From the sequence record OP557969.1: a stretch of DNA of 64,000 bases, one strand, 5' to 3'. Both the position numbers and the translations under genes were made by a program. Shown here in pieces: positions 8,455-17,351 of the stretch. The first letter of the stretch is position 1; each line of letters begins with the position of its first letter. The notes below the pieces were generated by a model, which saw only the letters and a list, made by a program, of their open reading frames with translations, was not told where the DNA came from and made no database searches.

Positions 8455-8676
8455 ATGGCTAATATTACTACTCTTTCCCAACTTGAAGCACTGGTTAAAT
8501 CTATGCGGGAACATGCCGACAAAATCGGCGTAAAAGATCCAGCCGTTTGCTTTTGTGACGAATTGAATGATGATACATTGGTAATAGCAGAAGTCCAGGA
8601 CGTTTCTAACTATTCATCGCGTTACACTGGCGGCGTAGCAAATAAAGGTGACTTCTGTTTATACCTTACCAAATAA
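8455..8676 (+). CDS. early hypothetical protein
   Basis: promoter cassette, GAGGA RBS. Confidence 0.75.
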   Translation: MANITTLSQLEALVKSMREHADKIGVKDPAVCFCDELNDDTLVIAEVQDVSNYSSRYTGGVANKGDFCLYLTK

Positions 8677-8677
8677 C

Positions 8678-8710
8678 AACGCGGGGAGATAATAACTCCC
8701 CGTTACTTTT
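8678..8710 (+). terminator. intrinsic terminator
   Basis: CGGGGAG/CTCCCCG stem followed by T-run. Confidence 0.6.
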
Positions 8711-8742
8711 TCAGTACTGAATCATTTAATAGACGGATCTAT

Positions 8743-8812
8743 GCACCCGGTGGGTTAGTGACTGTTTCGTCTTGATGTAGTAATTATGCCAGTACTGGAT
8801 GCGGTTGTCAAG
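8743..8812 (-). ncRNA. motif-1 element with own promoter
   Basis: minus-strand TTGACA...CATAAT, GAC/GTC hairpin, CCCACCGGGTGC. Confidence 0.5.
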
Positions 8813-8924
8813 AACTATTTTTCAAATACTTTTTACTAAAGTACTTGCTAATAGTTTTTAAACGCGTATAATGTTTTACATAGCAAGGGGAAACGGTTTC
8901 CCCTGGTAACTAAGGAATAAGAAA

Positions 8925-9161
8925 ATGATCGAACAAATCAAATCAACGTCTGCGAATGTAACGGGAACGGTATCACACTTTACTAGTGATGAATCGCGGG
9001 GCGTACCCTATTGTGCTGTACATGTAAACACTGAGGGTAACTACTGGTTTACGGTTTACGGATCATATTCATTTGGACGGCCAGGGCATCAAAAAATTCT
9101 GGATAAAGTACAGCCAACGGGTAAAAATATCACTGCTGAAATGTTTTATAAAAAATCATAA
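8925..9161 (+). CDS. early hypothetical protein
   Basis: promoter cassette, AAGGA RBS. Confidence 0.75.
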   Translation: MIEQIKSTSANVTGTVSHFTSDESRGVPYCAVHVNTEGNYWFTVYGSYSFGRPGHQKILDKVQPTGKNITAEMFYKKS

Positions 9162-9245
9162 AGTACTTGATAATAGTTTTTAGTATTGTATAATATTTTA
9201 CATCGCAAGGGGGAGCGGTTCCCCCTGGTAACTAAGGATAATAAA

Positions 9246-9545
9246 ATGAAAATTGCAATCATCGCCCTGGCTTTATCTGTTTCCTCTTTCGCTGTTAATG
9301 CGTCATTAGATGTAAGTAGTGAAAAATTCATTCAGTGCACTGTTGCAATGACCGATGAAAGAACTGGCGAGATTGTATTAAAGGATTTAGAGATCCAGCC
9401 GGAAGCATTTAAAAACGGCCCGTTCCATGAAGAAGACGAAAACGGTAGTACAACAATTTATTATGATGCTAGTACTAAACGCGGTTCGGTCACGGTTATG
9501 GATACTGAGAAAGTAACTCATACAGGCGTTATTAATTGCCGTTGA
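9246..9545 (+). CDS. predicted exported protein with signal peptide
   Basis: MKIAIIALALSVSSFAVNA signal-peptide pattern; two Cys. Confidence 0.75.
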   Translation: MKIAIIALALSVSSFAVNASLDVSSEKFIQCTVAMTDERTGEIVLKDLEIQPEAFKNGPFHEEDENGSTTIYYDASTKRGSVTVMDTEKVTHTGVINCR

Positions 9546-9566
9546 TTGATACTACGGGGTAACATC

Positions 9567-9797
9567 ATGACTAAGCGAATAGTTTTACTTAACGCTGGAA
9601 GTACTACACAACTCCTTAACGCCGTGCATTATGATATTGAAACGAGCGTCAATCTTATCAGTACTGTAGTATTGTTGGACACTGGAAAGGTCGCAAATGA
9701 TAAAGCGATTGCAGGTATACTAACGGATCTTAAACCAGGTTGCAGTACTCCAATAACTTTAAATGATAAAGTGTTTAATATTTTACTAACTGATTAA
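9567..9797 (+). CDS. early hypothetical protein
   Basis: GGGG RBS; ends before terminator. Confidence 0.65.
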   Translation: MTKRIVLLNAGSTTQLLNAVHYDIETSVNLISTVVLLDTGKVANDKAIAGILTDLKPGCSTPITLNDKVFNILLTD

Positions 9798-9803
9798 GTA
9801 CAT

Positions 9804-9825
9804 AGCCCACCAGGTGGGCTTTTTT
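9804..9825 (+). terminator. intrinsic terminator
   Basis: AGCCCAC-CAG-GTGGGCT-TTTTT. Confidence 0.85.
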
Positions 9826-9914
9826 GTTTTTGTAGTATTGTAGTACTGAGATACTTTGAAAATAGTTTTAAAAAAGTAGTTGACATTACCGCAAAAAGGC
9901 GTAGAATGTATTAC

Positions 9915-9987
9915 ATCAAGACGGGGAGCACTAAGTAGACCGCCAGTAAGTCGAACGAAAAACTGGACACGTCGAGAAAACTTTGAT
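9915..9987 (+). ncRNA. motif-2 structured RNA, divergent copy 3
   Basis: ATCAAG/CTTTGAT ends; CCAGT-AAG-N4-ACGAAAA-ACTGG hairpin with compensatory changes. Confidence 0.5.
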
Positions 9988-10030
9988 ACACTAATAAACG
10001 TAAACTAAACTTTAATTGAGGATTTATAAA

Positions 10031-10513
10031 ATGGCGAATGTAAAATCATTTCTGAAAGCACTGATTTCCAACGATACTGCTATTGCGGCTGAACTGCTGG
10101 CGGATCTGGATAACGATACCATGAAAGCAGTACGCAACAATTTTAACATTGCGTACAGTGAAGCTAAAGAACTGCAAGCCAAAAAGGTAGCAGAACTGGA
10201 AGAACAGAAAAAAGCCCGTGAAGAAGAACTACAAGCAACGATTGAAAGTATTCAGGCGGCAGTTGCTGGGTTGGATCTGGATGTAGTTGTAGAAATGGCA
10301 CATAAAGCCCTGGCAGTTAAGTACGGGGAAGATAAGCCAGTAGCTAAACCTAAAAAATGGATTCAGGAACGCGTAACGGTTGTTCTTGATAATGGCGAAG
10401 AACATTTAATTCCCGTGCGTGGTAACTGCATTGCGGTAGTTCTGGATGCTATCAAAGAAAGCGGATTGACTCGCGAGGAATGGATCGAAGCTCACCGCAA
10501 AATTGAAGCATAA
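10031..10513 (+). CDS. H-NS/StpA-like protein lacking the QGR AT-hook
   Basis: coiled-coil N-terminal half; C-terminus DNGEEHLIPVRGNCIAVVLDAIKESGLTREEWI parallels H-NS [34 protein letters not shown]. Confidence 0.55.
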   Translation: MANVKSFLKALISNDTAIAAELLADLDNDTMKAVRNNFNIAYSEAKELQAKKVAELEEQKKAREEELQATIESIQAAVAGLDLDVVVEMAHKALAVKYGEDKPVAKPKKWIQERVTVVLDNGEEHLIPVRGNCIAVVLDAIKESGLTREEWIEAHRKIEA

Positions 10514-10534
10514 CAATTAAAGTACTGAATCACT

Positions 10535-10561
10535 AGCCCACTTCTTATAGTGGGCTTTTTT
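10535..10561 (+). terminator. intrinsic terminator
   Basis: AGCCCACT/AGTGGGCT stem and T-run. Confidence 0.85.
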
Positions 10562-10603
10562 GTGTTTATCGTTTACCAGTCCACTAGCACCGCCTAGAGT
10601 CGA

Positions 10604-10684
10604 TTCTAACGCATTAAACTGATTATCTGATGAATAGCCCTAGCTGGTGGCGTTAATGCCGTTAGAACGCGATTGAGGACGTTT
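10604..10684. repeat. palindromic intergenic element (relatives at 4806-4896, 14953-14977)
   Basis: TTCTAACGCATTAA/TTAATGCCGTTAGAA inverted repeat; shared CGTTAGAA..GC..GAGG.CGTTT arm. Confidence 0.55.
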
Positions 10685-10788
10685 AAAGTATTTTGCAAAA
10701 AGTAATAAAAAGTACTTGCACGATTAAGAGATTAGAGTATAATTAATTACATCAAGACAAGACACCTTAACTAACTGAGGATATAAAG

Positions 10789-10941
10789 ATGAATACTTAT
10801 GAACTGGATTGTTTCACTTTACAAGTAATGTCAGTATGCAGTAAAAAAGATTGGTCATCAAAGGAATTTAAAGCAGTTATTGCGTGTGCAAAACACGGCA
10901 AGACTATCAATGAAACGGCATCAATCATTGATAAACTTTAA
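10789..10941 (+). CDS. small early protein (50 aa), paralog of 14732-14875
   Basis: promoter and GAGGA RBS; C...GK...T..II.K. Confidence 0.7.
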   Translation: MNTYELDCFTLQVMSVCSKKDWSSKEFKAVIACAKHGKTINETASIIDKL

Positions 10942-11012
10942 AAAATAGTTTGACAATAGTTTTAAGTACTGCGATAATACATACATCAACTACTGAATAG
11001 GAATAAAAAACA

Positions 11013-11240
11013 ATGGCTATCGTAATCACTCGCGTAACTGGTACTACTGGCACTGCTTCAACTGTTGCTGTAATTACTAATAAGAAAGGTGCAGAATTAC
11101 ATTTTGCAATGGATAAATGGGCCGTTAATGAGTTTGGTCAGTGGGCAAGTGTAGAATACATTGAAACCTATCAAGTGCCATCGATTAGCTTAACTGATTT
11201 AGGTGTAGAACGTATCCTTTGCCTGGATGAATTAAATTAA
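11013..11240 (+). CDS. early hypothetical protein
   Basis: own promoter, AGGA RBS. Confidence 0.75.
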   Translation: MAIVITRVTGTTGTASTVAVITNKKGAELHFAMDKWAVNEFGQWASVEYIETYQVPSISLTDLGVERILCLDELN

Positions 11241-11326
11241 AAAAGTACTTGCAAAGTAAATCAAATAAAGTATAATACATTACATCAAGGGGAGAAAATG
11301 GTTCTCCCCACTAAGAGGAAACTAAT

Positions 11327-11470
11327 ATGAAAACTTGTCAATGTGGTAAAAAATCTATTACGGGTTTGAAACGGGGCGTTGCACTTTGCCAGTATCATTA
11401 TAATGCTCAAGTATGGGGTAAAGAATGGGCCGACCAGGTGGAAGCAGCAAAGAAAGCAAAAAGTAAGTAA
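11327..11470 (+). CDS. small putative zinc-binding protein (47 aa)
   Basis: promoter cassette, GAGGA RBS; CQC...CQYH. Confidence 0.7.
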   Translation: MKTCQCGKKSITGLKRGVALCQYHYNAQVWGKEWADQVEAAKKAKSK

Positions 11471-11551
11471 AAATATTATCACAGTACTATTGACATAGAT
11501 TGATAGTACTGGCATAATAGATTTTATCAAGACAACTAAGAGGAAATTAAA

Positions 11552-11896
11552 ATGGCTAACATCAATACTATAGCAGCACAAAATATCAACCTGTCTTCTG
11601 TTGAAGTTGTACACATTGCCGCCCGGCGTTGGTTCCAGGCGTCTTATGGTAATACTTATTTCTCTTTAACGGTAGATGTTGAAATCAATGGCGAATTTAT
11701 TGAAGTAGTAAACGTGCCGTTCCAATATGGCTACGGGGATCATTTTGACACTGTAGCAATGGAAGAATTTAGCAAGGTTATTAATATGGAAGGTAAAGAG
11801 TTTTTACGCGGTTCTTATCTTTCCCGTTTTTGCCGTGATAATAATATTACTGTTTATAGTTCTGTTAGTGATGTTAAACGCAAAAAAGATCTTTAA
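11552..11896 (+). CDS. early conserved phage protein, paralog of 18128-18451
   Basis: RW...GNTY.S...F.YGYG...DVKRKKD. Confidence 0.8.
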   Translation: MANINTIAAQNINLSSVEVVHIAARRWFQASYGNTYFSLTVDVEINGEFIEVVNVPFQYGYGDHFDTVAMEEFSKVINMEGKEFLRGSYLSRFCRDNNITVYSSVSDVKRKKDL

Positions 11897-11976
11897 TTAG
11901 CTTTACTTTATGCAGATACTTTGATATAGTGTCTGCATAGGGGAAAGAAATTAAATCAACTTAAGAGGATAGTAAA

Positions 11977-12246
11977 ATGAAAAATATCAGTACTTTAATC
12001 GATGCAGGTACACATGTTCGTCGGTCTATGGTTGCAACCAGTTCTACAAAACAAGTAGCGAGCGGTTATCTTGTATTTGTGCACGATGGTAAACTCCTGG
12101 AACGTTCAATCAATTTTGATGTTAAAAACAATTGCCGTTTTATTATCTTTCGCCGTGAACAATATAAGATCGACATTCCAGCGAAGCCCATTAGCGGGGC
12201 GTACAACGTGCAATCATTGTTTGAGCGTCAACCATACACCTATTAA
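11977..12246 (+). CDS. early hypothetical protein
   Basis: GAGGA RBS. Confidence 0.7.
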   Translation: MKNISTLIDAGTHVRRSMVATSSTKQVASGYLVFVHDGKLLERSINFDVKNNCRFIIFRREQYKIDIPAKPISGAYNVQSLFERQPYTY

Positions 12247-12297
12247 TCAAAACAACGTTAGCGGTCGATTTAGGCCGCTTATACTGGGGATTATATA

Positions 12298-12570
12298 ATG
12301 AATACTAATCAAGTACTGAACGAGATTGAAAGCATCATTAAACCGATGAAGCGTACTGATGCAATGTTAACACCGGAAGAATGCCGCTTATATGAGCGTT
12401 ACAGCGTCGAACAAGTACAGGAAATGGCTATGGCTATCCCTGCCGTTCAACAGCCTGAGAACGCAGTACAGGACGTTACAGGGGATTATAACATCAATCC
12501 AGTACTAGGGAAGATTACACCAATTACCGAAGAACAAAAAGACTACTTAAGCCAGTACTTAAAAGGTTAA
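12298..12570 (+). CDS. early hypothetical protein
   Basis: GGGGA RBS. Confidence 0.7.
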   Translation: MNTNQVLNEIESIIKPMKRTDAMLTPEECRLYERYSVEQVQEMAMAIPAVQQPENAVQDVTGDYNINPVLGKITPITEEQKDYLSQYLKG

Positions 12571-12575
12571 TTAAT

Positions 12576-12785
12576 ATGCTTACTGTACAGGATAAGATCG
12601 ACATCTTAAAGGTTAATATGTATGTGATTGATGCCGTACCTGGTAAAGTATTTGCATACGATGACACCACTGTAAGCAATTTCTACTATAGCCAGGAAGT
12701 GGGGGATCTTTCTGTACAGTCGGTTATTGAAAACGTAGTTAATGCAGCGTATGAGCATTTACTTTCAAATAGTACTTGCAATTAG
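12576..12785 (+). CDS. early hypothetical protein
   Basis: coupled to upstream ORF. Confidence 0.7.
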   Translation: MLTVQDKIDILKVNMYVIDAVPGKVFAYDDTTVSNFYYSQEVGDLSVQSVIENVVNAAYEHLLSNSTCN

Positions 12786-12853
12786 TTTTTAAACGCGTAT
12801 AATGTTTTACATGAAGGGGAGAAATAGTACTCCCACTAATTAAGGAATAGTAA

Positions 12854-13000
12854 ATGAAAGCATCAAAAAAGAGTACTAACAAGAAAGCACGTTCAACTTT
12901 AGATGGGGTATTCCCTTTGCGTTTTGTGGATGAAGTAGTTTCCTACCCGCTGGGCCTTACTCCTGAGATGGTAGAAAGTTTGCGTAAATCTAAAAAATAG
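12854..13000 (+). CDS. small basic early protein (48 aa)
   Basis: promoter cassette, AAGGA RBS; MKASKKSTNKKARSTLDG... Confidence 0.65.
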   Translation: MKASKKSTNKKARSTLDGVFPLRFVDEVVSYPLGLTPEMVESLRKSKK

Positions 13001-13081
13001 TACTTGCAATTAGTTTTTAGTACTGTATAATGTTTTACATGAAGGGGAGAAATGATTCTCCCCAAGAACAGGAGAAACAAA

Positions 13082-13234
13082 ATGAAACAATACAACGCTC
13101 GGTTTGATGTTACTATCGGCAACGGCAAAGGTCAATTCTCTTTCAGTACTCGTAAGAGTTATACAGAAAACTTCTTGCGTAATTGTGCACTGACCGCCGC
13201 ACAAATTAAACATTATTTTCAGGCTAAAAAATGA
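13082..13234 (+). CDS. small early protein
   Basis: promoter cassette, AGGAG RBS; start moved to MKQYNARF. Confidence 0.7.
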   Translation: MKQYNARFDVTIGNGKGQFSFSTRKSYTENFLRNCALTAAQIKHYFQAKK

Positions 13235-13320
13235 AATCATTAGCTTATTATAGTTCGGCCCTGGTCGGTGCATTGATCGCGGCATTGTTAGTAGCTTATC
13301 TATTCTTTATGGTGATTTAA
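13231..13320 (+). CDS. 29-aa single-pass membrane peptide
   Basis: ATGA coupling; MKSLAYYSSALVGALIAALLVAYLFFMVI. Confidence 0.55.
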   Translation: MKSLAYYSSALVGALIAALLVAYLFFMVI

Positions 13321-13458
13321 ATGAATCCTAACGGTATAATTTACAGTACTCCTAAAACGAAAGCAGATAAAGCCAAAGCACGTAAAGCGAAAGTAAAGGA
13401 GTACATCAAGCAAGGCATGACACGAAAGGCGGCAGTACTGAAAGCTAAAAATAAATGA
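13321..13458 (+). CDS. 45-aa Lys/Ala-rich basic protein
   Basis: MNPNGIIYSTPKTKADKAKARKAKVKEYIKQGMTRKAAVLKAKNK. Confidence 0.55.
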   Translation: MNPNGIIYSTPKTKADKAKARKAKVKEYIKQGMTRKAAVLKAKNK

Positions 13459-13459
13459 A

Positions 13460-13496
13460 AAAAGTGGTTGACTTCGGTCAGCCATTTTGCTATTAT
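13460..13496 (+). promoter_or_regulatory. composite terminator hairpin / extended -10 promoter
   Basis: AAAAGTGGTTGAC-TTCG-GTCAGCCATTTT hairpin containing TTGACT-17-(TGC)TATTAT. Confidence 0.7.
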
Positions 13497-13499
13497 ATA

Positions 13500-13548
13500 T
13501 TCATTGAGAGATAGCTCACTAGCCCACGGGGTGCGGGAGTGTATCTAT
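13500..13548 (+). ncRNA. motif-1 element
   Basis: TGAG/CTCA hairpin, then CCCACGGGGTGCGGGAGTGTATCTA. Confidence 0.5.
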
Positions 13549-13678
13549 TATATAAGCATTGAGTACTGAAAACTATTTTAAAAGTATTTGTAGAAAGTAC
13601 TTGCAAACTATCTCAATAGGCGTATAATGTTTTACATCAAGGGGGAAACGGTTTCCCCTAGTAATAAGGAATAAAATC

Positions 13679-14020
13679 ATGACTATTGCAATTGTACAAT
13701 CTAACTTTGAAAACGAAATCATCGCCCAAGCACTGCGTTTAAATGATGGTCGGGCCGAAATTAATTACGGTTTCAATTCAGGCGGTTGTGAAAAATATCA
13801 GTACTTTATAACTGCTGATGGCGGTGTCCTGGGTATTAATACAGTTATTGTAAACATTCAGAAAATTAATTTCAATGATCCAGACGATAGCCAGTTTTAC
13901 ATTATAGGCGTAGACGTGAACTATGAGGATGACTCACTAACTGATGATTACACTGGCGAGAAGTTAGAAAGTGCATACGGTGAAGATGATTATCAGTCAG
14001 TACCGGAAGATTTTGAATAA
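13679..14020 (+). CDS. conserved acidic phage protein (GG...YFITADGGVL...DVNYED...ESAYG family)
   Basis: motifs as named; promoter cassette. Confidence 0.8.
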   Translation: MTIAIVQSNFENEIIAQALRLNDGRAEINYGFNSGGCEKYQYFITADGGVLGINTVIVNIQKINFNDPDDSQFYIIGVDVNYEDDSLTDDYTGEKLESAYGEDDYQSVPEDFE

Positions 14021-14143
14021 TATTAAAAAATAGTTTGACAATAGATTATAGTACTGTATAATATTTTACATGAAGGGCAACGGGAAGTTTTTAAAACTTC
14101 CCTATAGGGAGAATAGTTCTCCCACTAACAGAGAGAAAACAAA

Positions 14144-14356
14144 ATGGCTAATATCTGCACTGTACTGAAAAATGCAAAACAAGTTTTATTTTCTGATCAC
14201 GATCATTTAAACAAGGATATTACTGGCGTTCGGAATATCAAAGATGTAAAAAGTGTTATGGGCATCTATTGCAATATGAAACGTGTTGGAACGTTCGGTA
14301 ATAAATTTCTATACCAAGCGGGGGATTACAATTTTACACTGACTATCATTAACTAA
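14144..14356 (+). CDS. early hypothetical protein
   Basis: promoter with double hairpin leader. Confidence 0.75.
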   Translation: MANICTVLKNAKQVLFSDHDHLNKDITGVRNIKDVKSVMGIYCNMKRVGTFGNKFLYQAGDYNFTLTIIN

Positions 14357-14438
14357 AAATATTATCACAGTACTATTGACATAGATTGATAGTACTGGCA
14401 TAATAGATTTTATCAATTACACTACTAAGGAATTAAAA

Positions 14439-14618
14439 ATGGCTATCATCGCAAAAACTGAAATCATCGGCCTGGATTCTATCATCATGACGTTTGAAGA
14501 TCAAAAAGGTATGTATGTAGTTTCCTATGGTGATTATGTTCGGGAGTATGAAACGGTAGACGAAGCCTTTGAAAGTTACATTCGCCAGGTGAATAAAGCA
14601 TACGACGATTACCGCTAA
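14439..14618 (+). CDS. small early protein (59 aa)
   Basis: promoter, AAGGA RBS; MAIIAKTEIIGLDS... Confidence 0.7.
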   Translation: MAIIAKTEIIGLDSIIMTFEDQKGMYVVSYGDYVREYETVDEAFESYIRQVNKAYDDYR

Positions 14619-14731
14619 AATATATTACCAGTACTATTAAAGATATTGACAACGTTTGATAGTACTGGCATAATAAGTTTTATAAACAGTAGTCAAATAG
14701 TAGTTAACTTAACAAAAGAGAGAGAAACAAA

Positions 14732-14875
14732 ATGATCGCACTGGATTCATTCATCGATGCAGTTCTGGCAAAAACTGGCGAGGATCTGACCGCAGAACAA
14801 TACGCGATGATCGAGCAATGCCAGCAAGACGGTAAATCGGTGAAAGATACTGTTAAGATTATCCGCAAGATGTAA
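14732..14875 (+). CDS. small early protein (47 aa), paralog of 10789-10941
   Basis: GAGAG RBS; QCQQDGKSVKDTVKIIRKM. Confidence 0.7.
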   Translation: MIALDSFIDAVLAKTGEDLTAEQYAMIEQCQQDGKSVKDTVKIIRKM

Positions 14876-14881
14876 GATTAT

Positions 14882-14910
14882 AAGCCCATTAGTTAACGCT
14901 GGTGGGCTTT
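14882..14910 (+). terminator. intrinsic terminator
   Basis: AAGCCCATTAG/CTGGTGGGCTTT stem. Confidence 0.65.
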
Positions 14911-14975
14911 AATCATTTACCCTATACAATGCCAGTACTAAACCGTTTATCTCGTTAGAATGCATTACAGGACGT

Positions 14976-15179
14976 TTGACAATGATTAGCATGAAATCAG
15001 TACAAAAACAAATAGAAACATTATCAAAAATTAAACGTAAACAGTACTCATTAGAATATAATATCAATGGTAACTATCATCTAATGAAAGAGAATAATTT
15101 TATCGTCATTGATGAATCATTGCAAATTATTAGTATAGTACTGAAAGCATTAATTAATGATAGAAAAAGGTTAAAATAA
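14976..15179 (+). CDS. hypothetical protein
   Basis: ORF coupled to the TraR-like gene; start uncertain. Confidence 0.5.
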   Translation: MTMISMKSVQKQIETLSKIKRKQYSLEYNINGNYHLMKENNFIVIDESLQIISIVLKALINDRKRLK

Positions 15180-15436
15180 TGGCAGTAGGATTCGCGAAAG
15201 ATGGAGCCGAGCAAGATGAGATTAACGCAGTTATTCAAGCCGCCGTTAACCACGCTAGAAAGCAAATTAACGCACAAATAGAATCACTGATACATTGCCT
15301 CGACTGCGGCGATAAAATCCCTGAGAATCGCCGACAGGCTGTTAAGGGTTGTAAGTACTGCATAACTTGCCAGGAGGATCATGATAGTACTTTTAAACGT
15401 CCCCCGCGTAATTGTTGGCATAGATCTATGAGATAA
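15179..15436 (+). CDS. traR: DksA/TraR-family C4 zinc-finger protein
   Basis: CLDCGDKIPENRRQAVKGCKYCITCQ = CxxC-IPxxRR-CxxC; acidic N-terminal helix. Confidence 0.9.
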   Translation: MAVGFAKDGAEQDEINAVIQAAVNHARKQINAQIESLIHCLDCGDKIPENRRQAVKGCKYCITCQEDHDSTFKRPPRNCWHRSMR

Positions 15437-15500
15437 AAAGTAATTGACAGTACTGAAAGATAGTGTATAATGTTTTATATCTTAACTGAGGATAGAAATC

Positions 15501-15857
15501 ATGGGAATACAACATATCACGCGGACCACTGACAATGGCGAGATCACTGGTTATCAAGTACAGGGCAAAGTAGCACAATTGCAGTACTGGTTTGTTAAAC
15601 GTGGAATCATTGCACCGGATCTTGATTATGACCGTGTAGCGTTTATTGATTCTCTTTATGTTGATCCTGATAGTCGGGGCAATGGTGAAGGTAACGAATT
15701 AATGAATGCCTTTATTGATGCCGCCGATGATTCAGATTGTATCATCTTAGAATGCGATACGGGAGAAGATAACGCCTTTAATCTTAAAGAATGGTACGAA
15801 GGTTTCGGATTCGAGGTATTGATAGATAGTGAATATCCTATCATGATTTTATCATAG
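15501..15857 (+). CDS. GNAT-family acetyltransferase
   Basis: IDSLYVDPDSRGNGEGNELM (motif A) and WYEGFGF. Confidence 0.85.
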   Translation: MGIQHITRTTDNGEITGYQVQGKVAQLQYWFVKRGIIAPDLDYDRVAFIDSLYVDPDSRGNGEGNELMNAFIDAADDSDCIILECDTGEDNAFNLKEWYEGFGFEVLIDSEYPIMILS

Positions 15858-15936
15858 TACTTGCATTTAGTTTTCAGTACTGTTATAGTACTTGCATCAA
15901 GGGGAAACATCTTCCCCTACTAAGAGGAAATAAAAA

Positions 15937-16125
15937 ATGGAAAACTTATCAAGTATTTTAGTACAAGATGATTTCGGTAATCCTGGAAGTGCTATCATTG
16001 TTCGGGGCAATAAAGCAACGTTTGTTATTGCTGGTGGACCCGTACAGCGTAGCATTAAAAATAATGCTGTTACCATTAATAATGTACGCTATCGCTTAGA
16101 TAAAGAATTAATTCATAAACTGTAA
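15937..16125 (+). CDS. early hypothetical protein
   Basis: promoter cassette, GAGGA RBS. Confidence 0.7.
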   Translation: MENLSSILVQDDFGNPGSAIIVRGNKATFVIAGGPVQRSIKNNAVTINNVRYRLDKELIHKL

Positions 16126-16152
16126 TATTAATTTAATAGAGGATAACAATAA

Positions 16153-16476
16153 ATGTACATTCATACTACTGTCACAAAGGAAGTCCGTTGCCAGTTCGAA
16201 AGTATTCCGGGCGTATGTTTCATCACTGGTACGTTTTCCCCTGGTGATCGTGATAATCCAGTACTGTTACAGTTACGCCATCCATTATGGGATAAAGCAT
16301 TTGATCTGCCGTTGAATGAATTCGCAACCACTGCTGATAAGTACATTAAAAATATTCGCGAGAATGATTGCCTATTCATTAATGCTTTTAGTGATGCCGC
16401 GTTAAGTGAGATCCATGCTGTATTGGTTGCAATCATGGAATCAATGGAGAAAACTATATTCAAACAAGGTGAATAA
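16153..16476 (+). CDS. early hypothetical protein
   Basis: GAGGA RBS. Confidence 0.75.
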   Translation: MYIHTTVTKEVRCQFESIPGVCFITGTFSPGDRDNPVLLQLRHPLWDKAFDLPLNEFATTADKYIKNIRENDCLFINAFSDAALSEIHAVLVAIMESMEKTIFKQGE

Positions 16477-16559
16477 AAACTATTGACAATGCAATCCAGT
16501 ACTGTATAATAGTTTACATGAAGGGGAGAAATGATTCTCCCCACTAAGAGGAAAGAAAA

Positions 16560-16772
16560 ATGCAAGGTCAACTAATCGTTCGTAAATGGTCTGATACTAA
16601 CGAAAAACCGTGGGATGTACAATACATCGCCCCAAATGGTGAATCCAGATATCAACCAGGTGTAACGCATAGTACTGAGCAATTCGCCGCCGCTCATCGC
16701 GAACGTCTGTTACAATCAATGCAGCACGGTTCCGGTGAAAAATTCATTCAGGATCATTGGCTGAAAGATTAA
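16560..16772 (+). CDS. early hypothetical protein
   Basis: promoter cassette, GAGGA RBS. Confidence 0.75.
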   Translation: MQGQLIVRKWSDTNEKPWDVQYIAPNGESRYQPGVTHSTEQFAAAHRERLLQSMQHGSGEKFIQDHWLKD

Positions 16773-16858
16773 AAAGTACTTGCACAGTACTGAATAAAGT
16801 GTATAATGTTTTATATCGGAAGGGGAATAGTTCCCCTCCTAACAAAGAGGAAAGTATA

Positions 16859-17032
16859 ATGGTCCAGGTAGAATTAACAGTACTGAAAGATCTGTTTTAT
16901 CGGATTGGTACTACTGGCGAATATCCGAAGGGTGATAATGCAAAACTTTACGTATCACTCGACTTATGGCAACGCGAACAATTAGCAACGGCCTGGCGTA
17001 AAGGCAAAGCAGATAGCGAGGTGAAAGCATGA
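16859..17032 (+). CDS. small early protein
   Basis: promoter cassette; start moved to MVQVELT. Confidence 0.7.
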   Translation: MVQVELTVLKDLFYRIGTTGEYPKGDNAKLYVSLDLWQREQLATAWRKGKADSEVKA

Positions 17033-17178
17033 AAGAATTCTTATTTGAAGTAGTGTTTCAAGGTGTCGGTAATAACCAACTGATTCGATCAAGTGGTTAT
17101 AATGTTAACCAGGCATGGAATAACATTAAACAAATGTACCCTAACGCTATCACATATCGCAACCCGAAAGAAGTTTAA
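17029..17178 (+). CDS. small early protein (49 aa)
   Basis: GAGG RBS, ATGA coupling; MKEFLFEVVFQG... Confidence 0.65.
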   Translation: MKEFLFEVVFQGVGNNQLIRSSGYNVNQAWNNIKQMYPNAITYRNPKEV

Positions 17179-17188
17179 AAATATTTGA

Positions 17189-17272
17189 AAAAGGGATTGA
17201 CTCCGGTCAGTCCCTTTGCTATTATATACGCATAGAAACAAATCAGCCCACAGGGTGCATAAATGTATCTAT
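17189..17272 (+). ncRNA. terminator/promoter composite followed by motif-1 element
   Basis: AAAGGGATTGAC-TCCG-GTCAGTCCCTTT, TATTAT, then CCCACAGGGTGCATAAATGTATCTA. Confidence 0.5.
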
Positions 17273-17351
17273 TGTTTGCTGGTGGCTAGTACTGAAAACT
17301 ATTTTTAAAAAAGTACTTGCATTGTACTTAGAATCAAGTATAATGTTTTAC

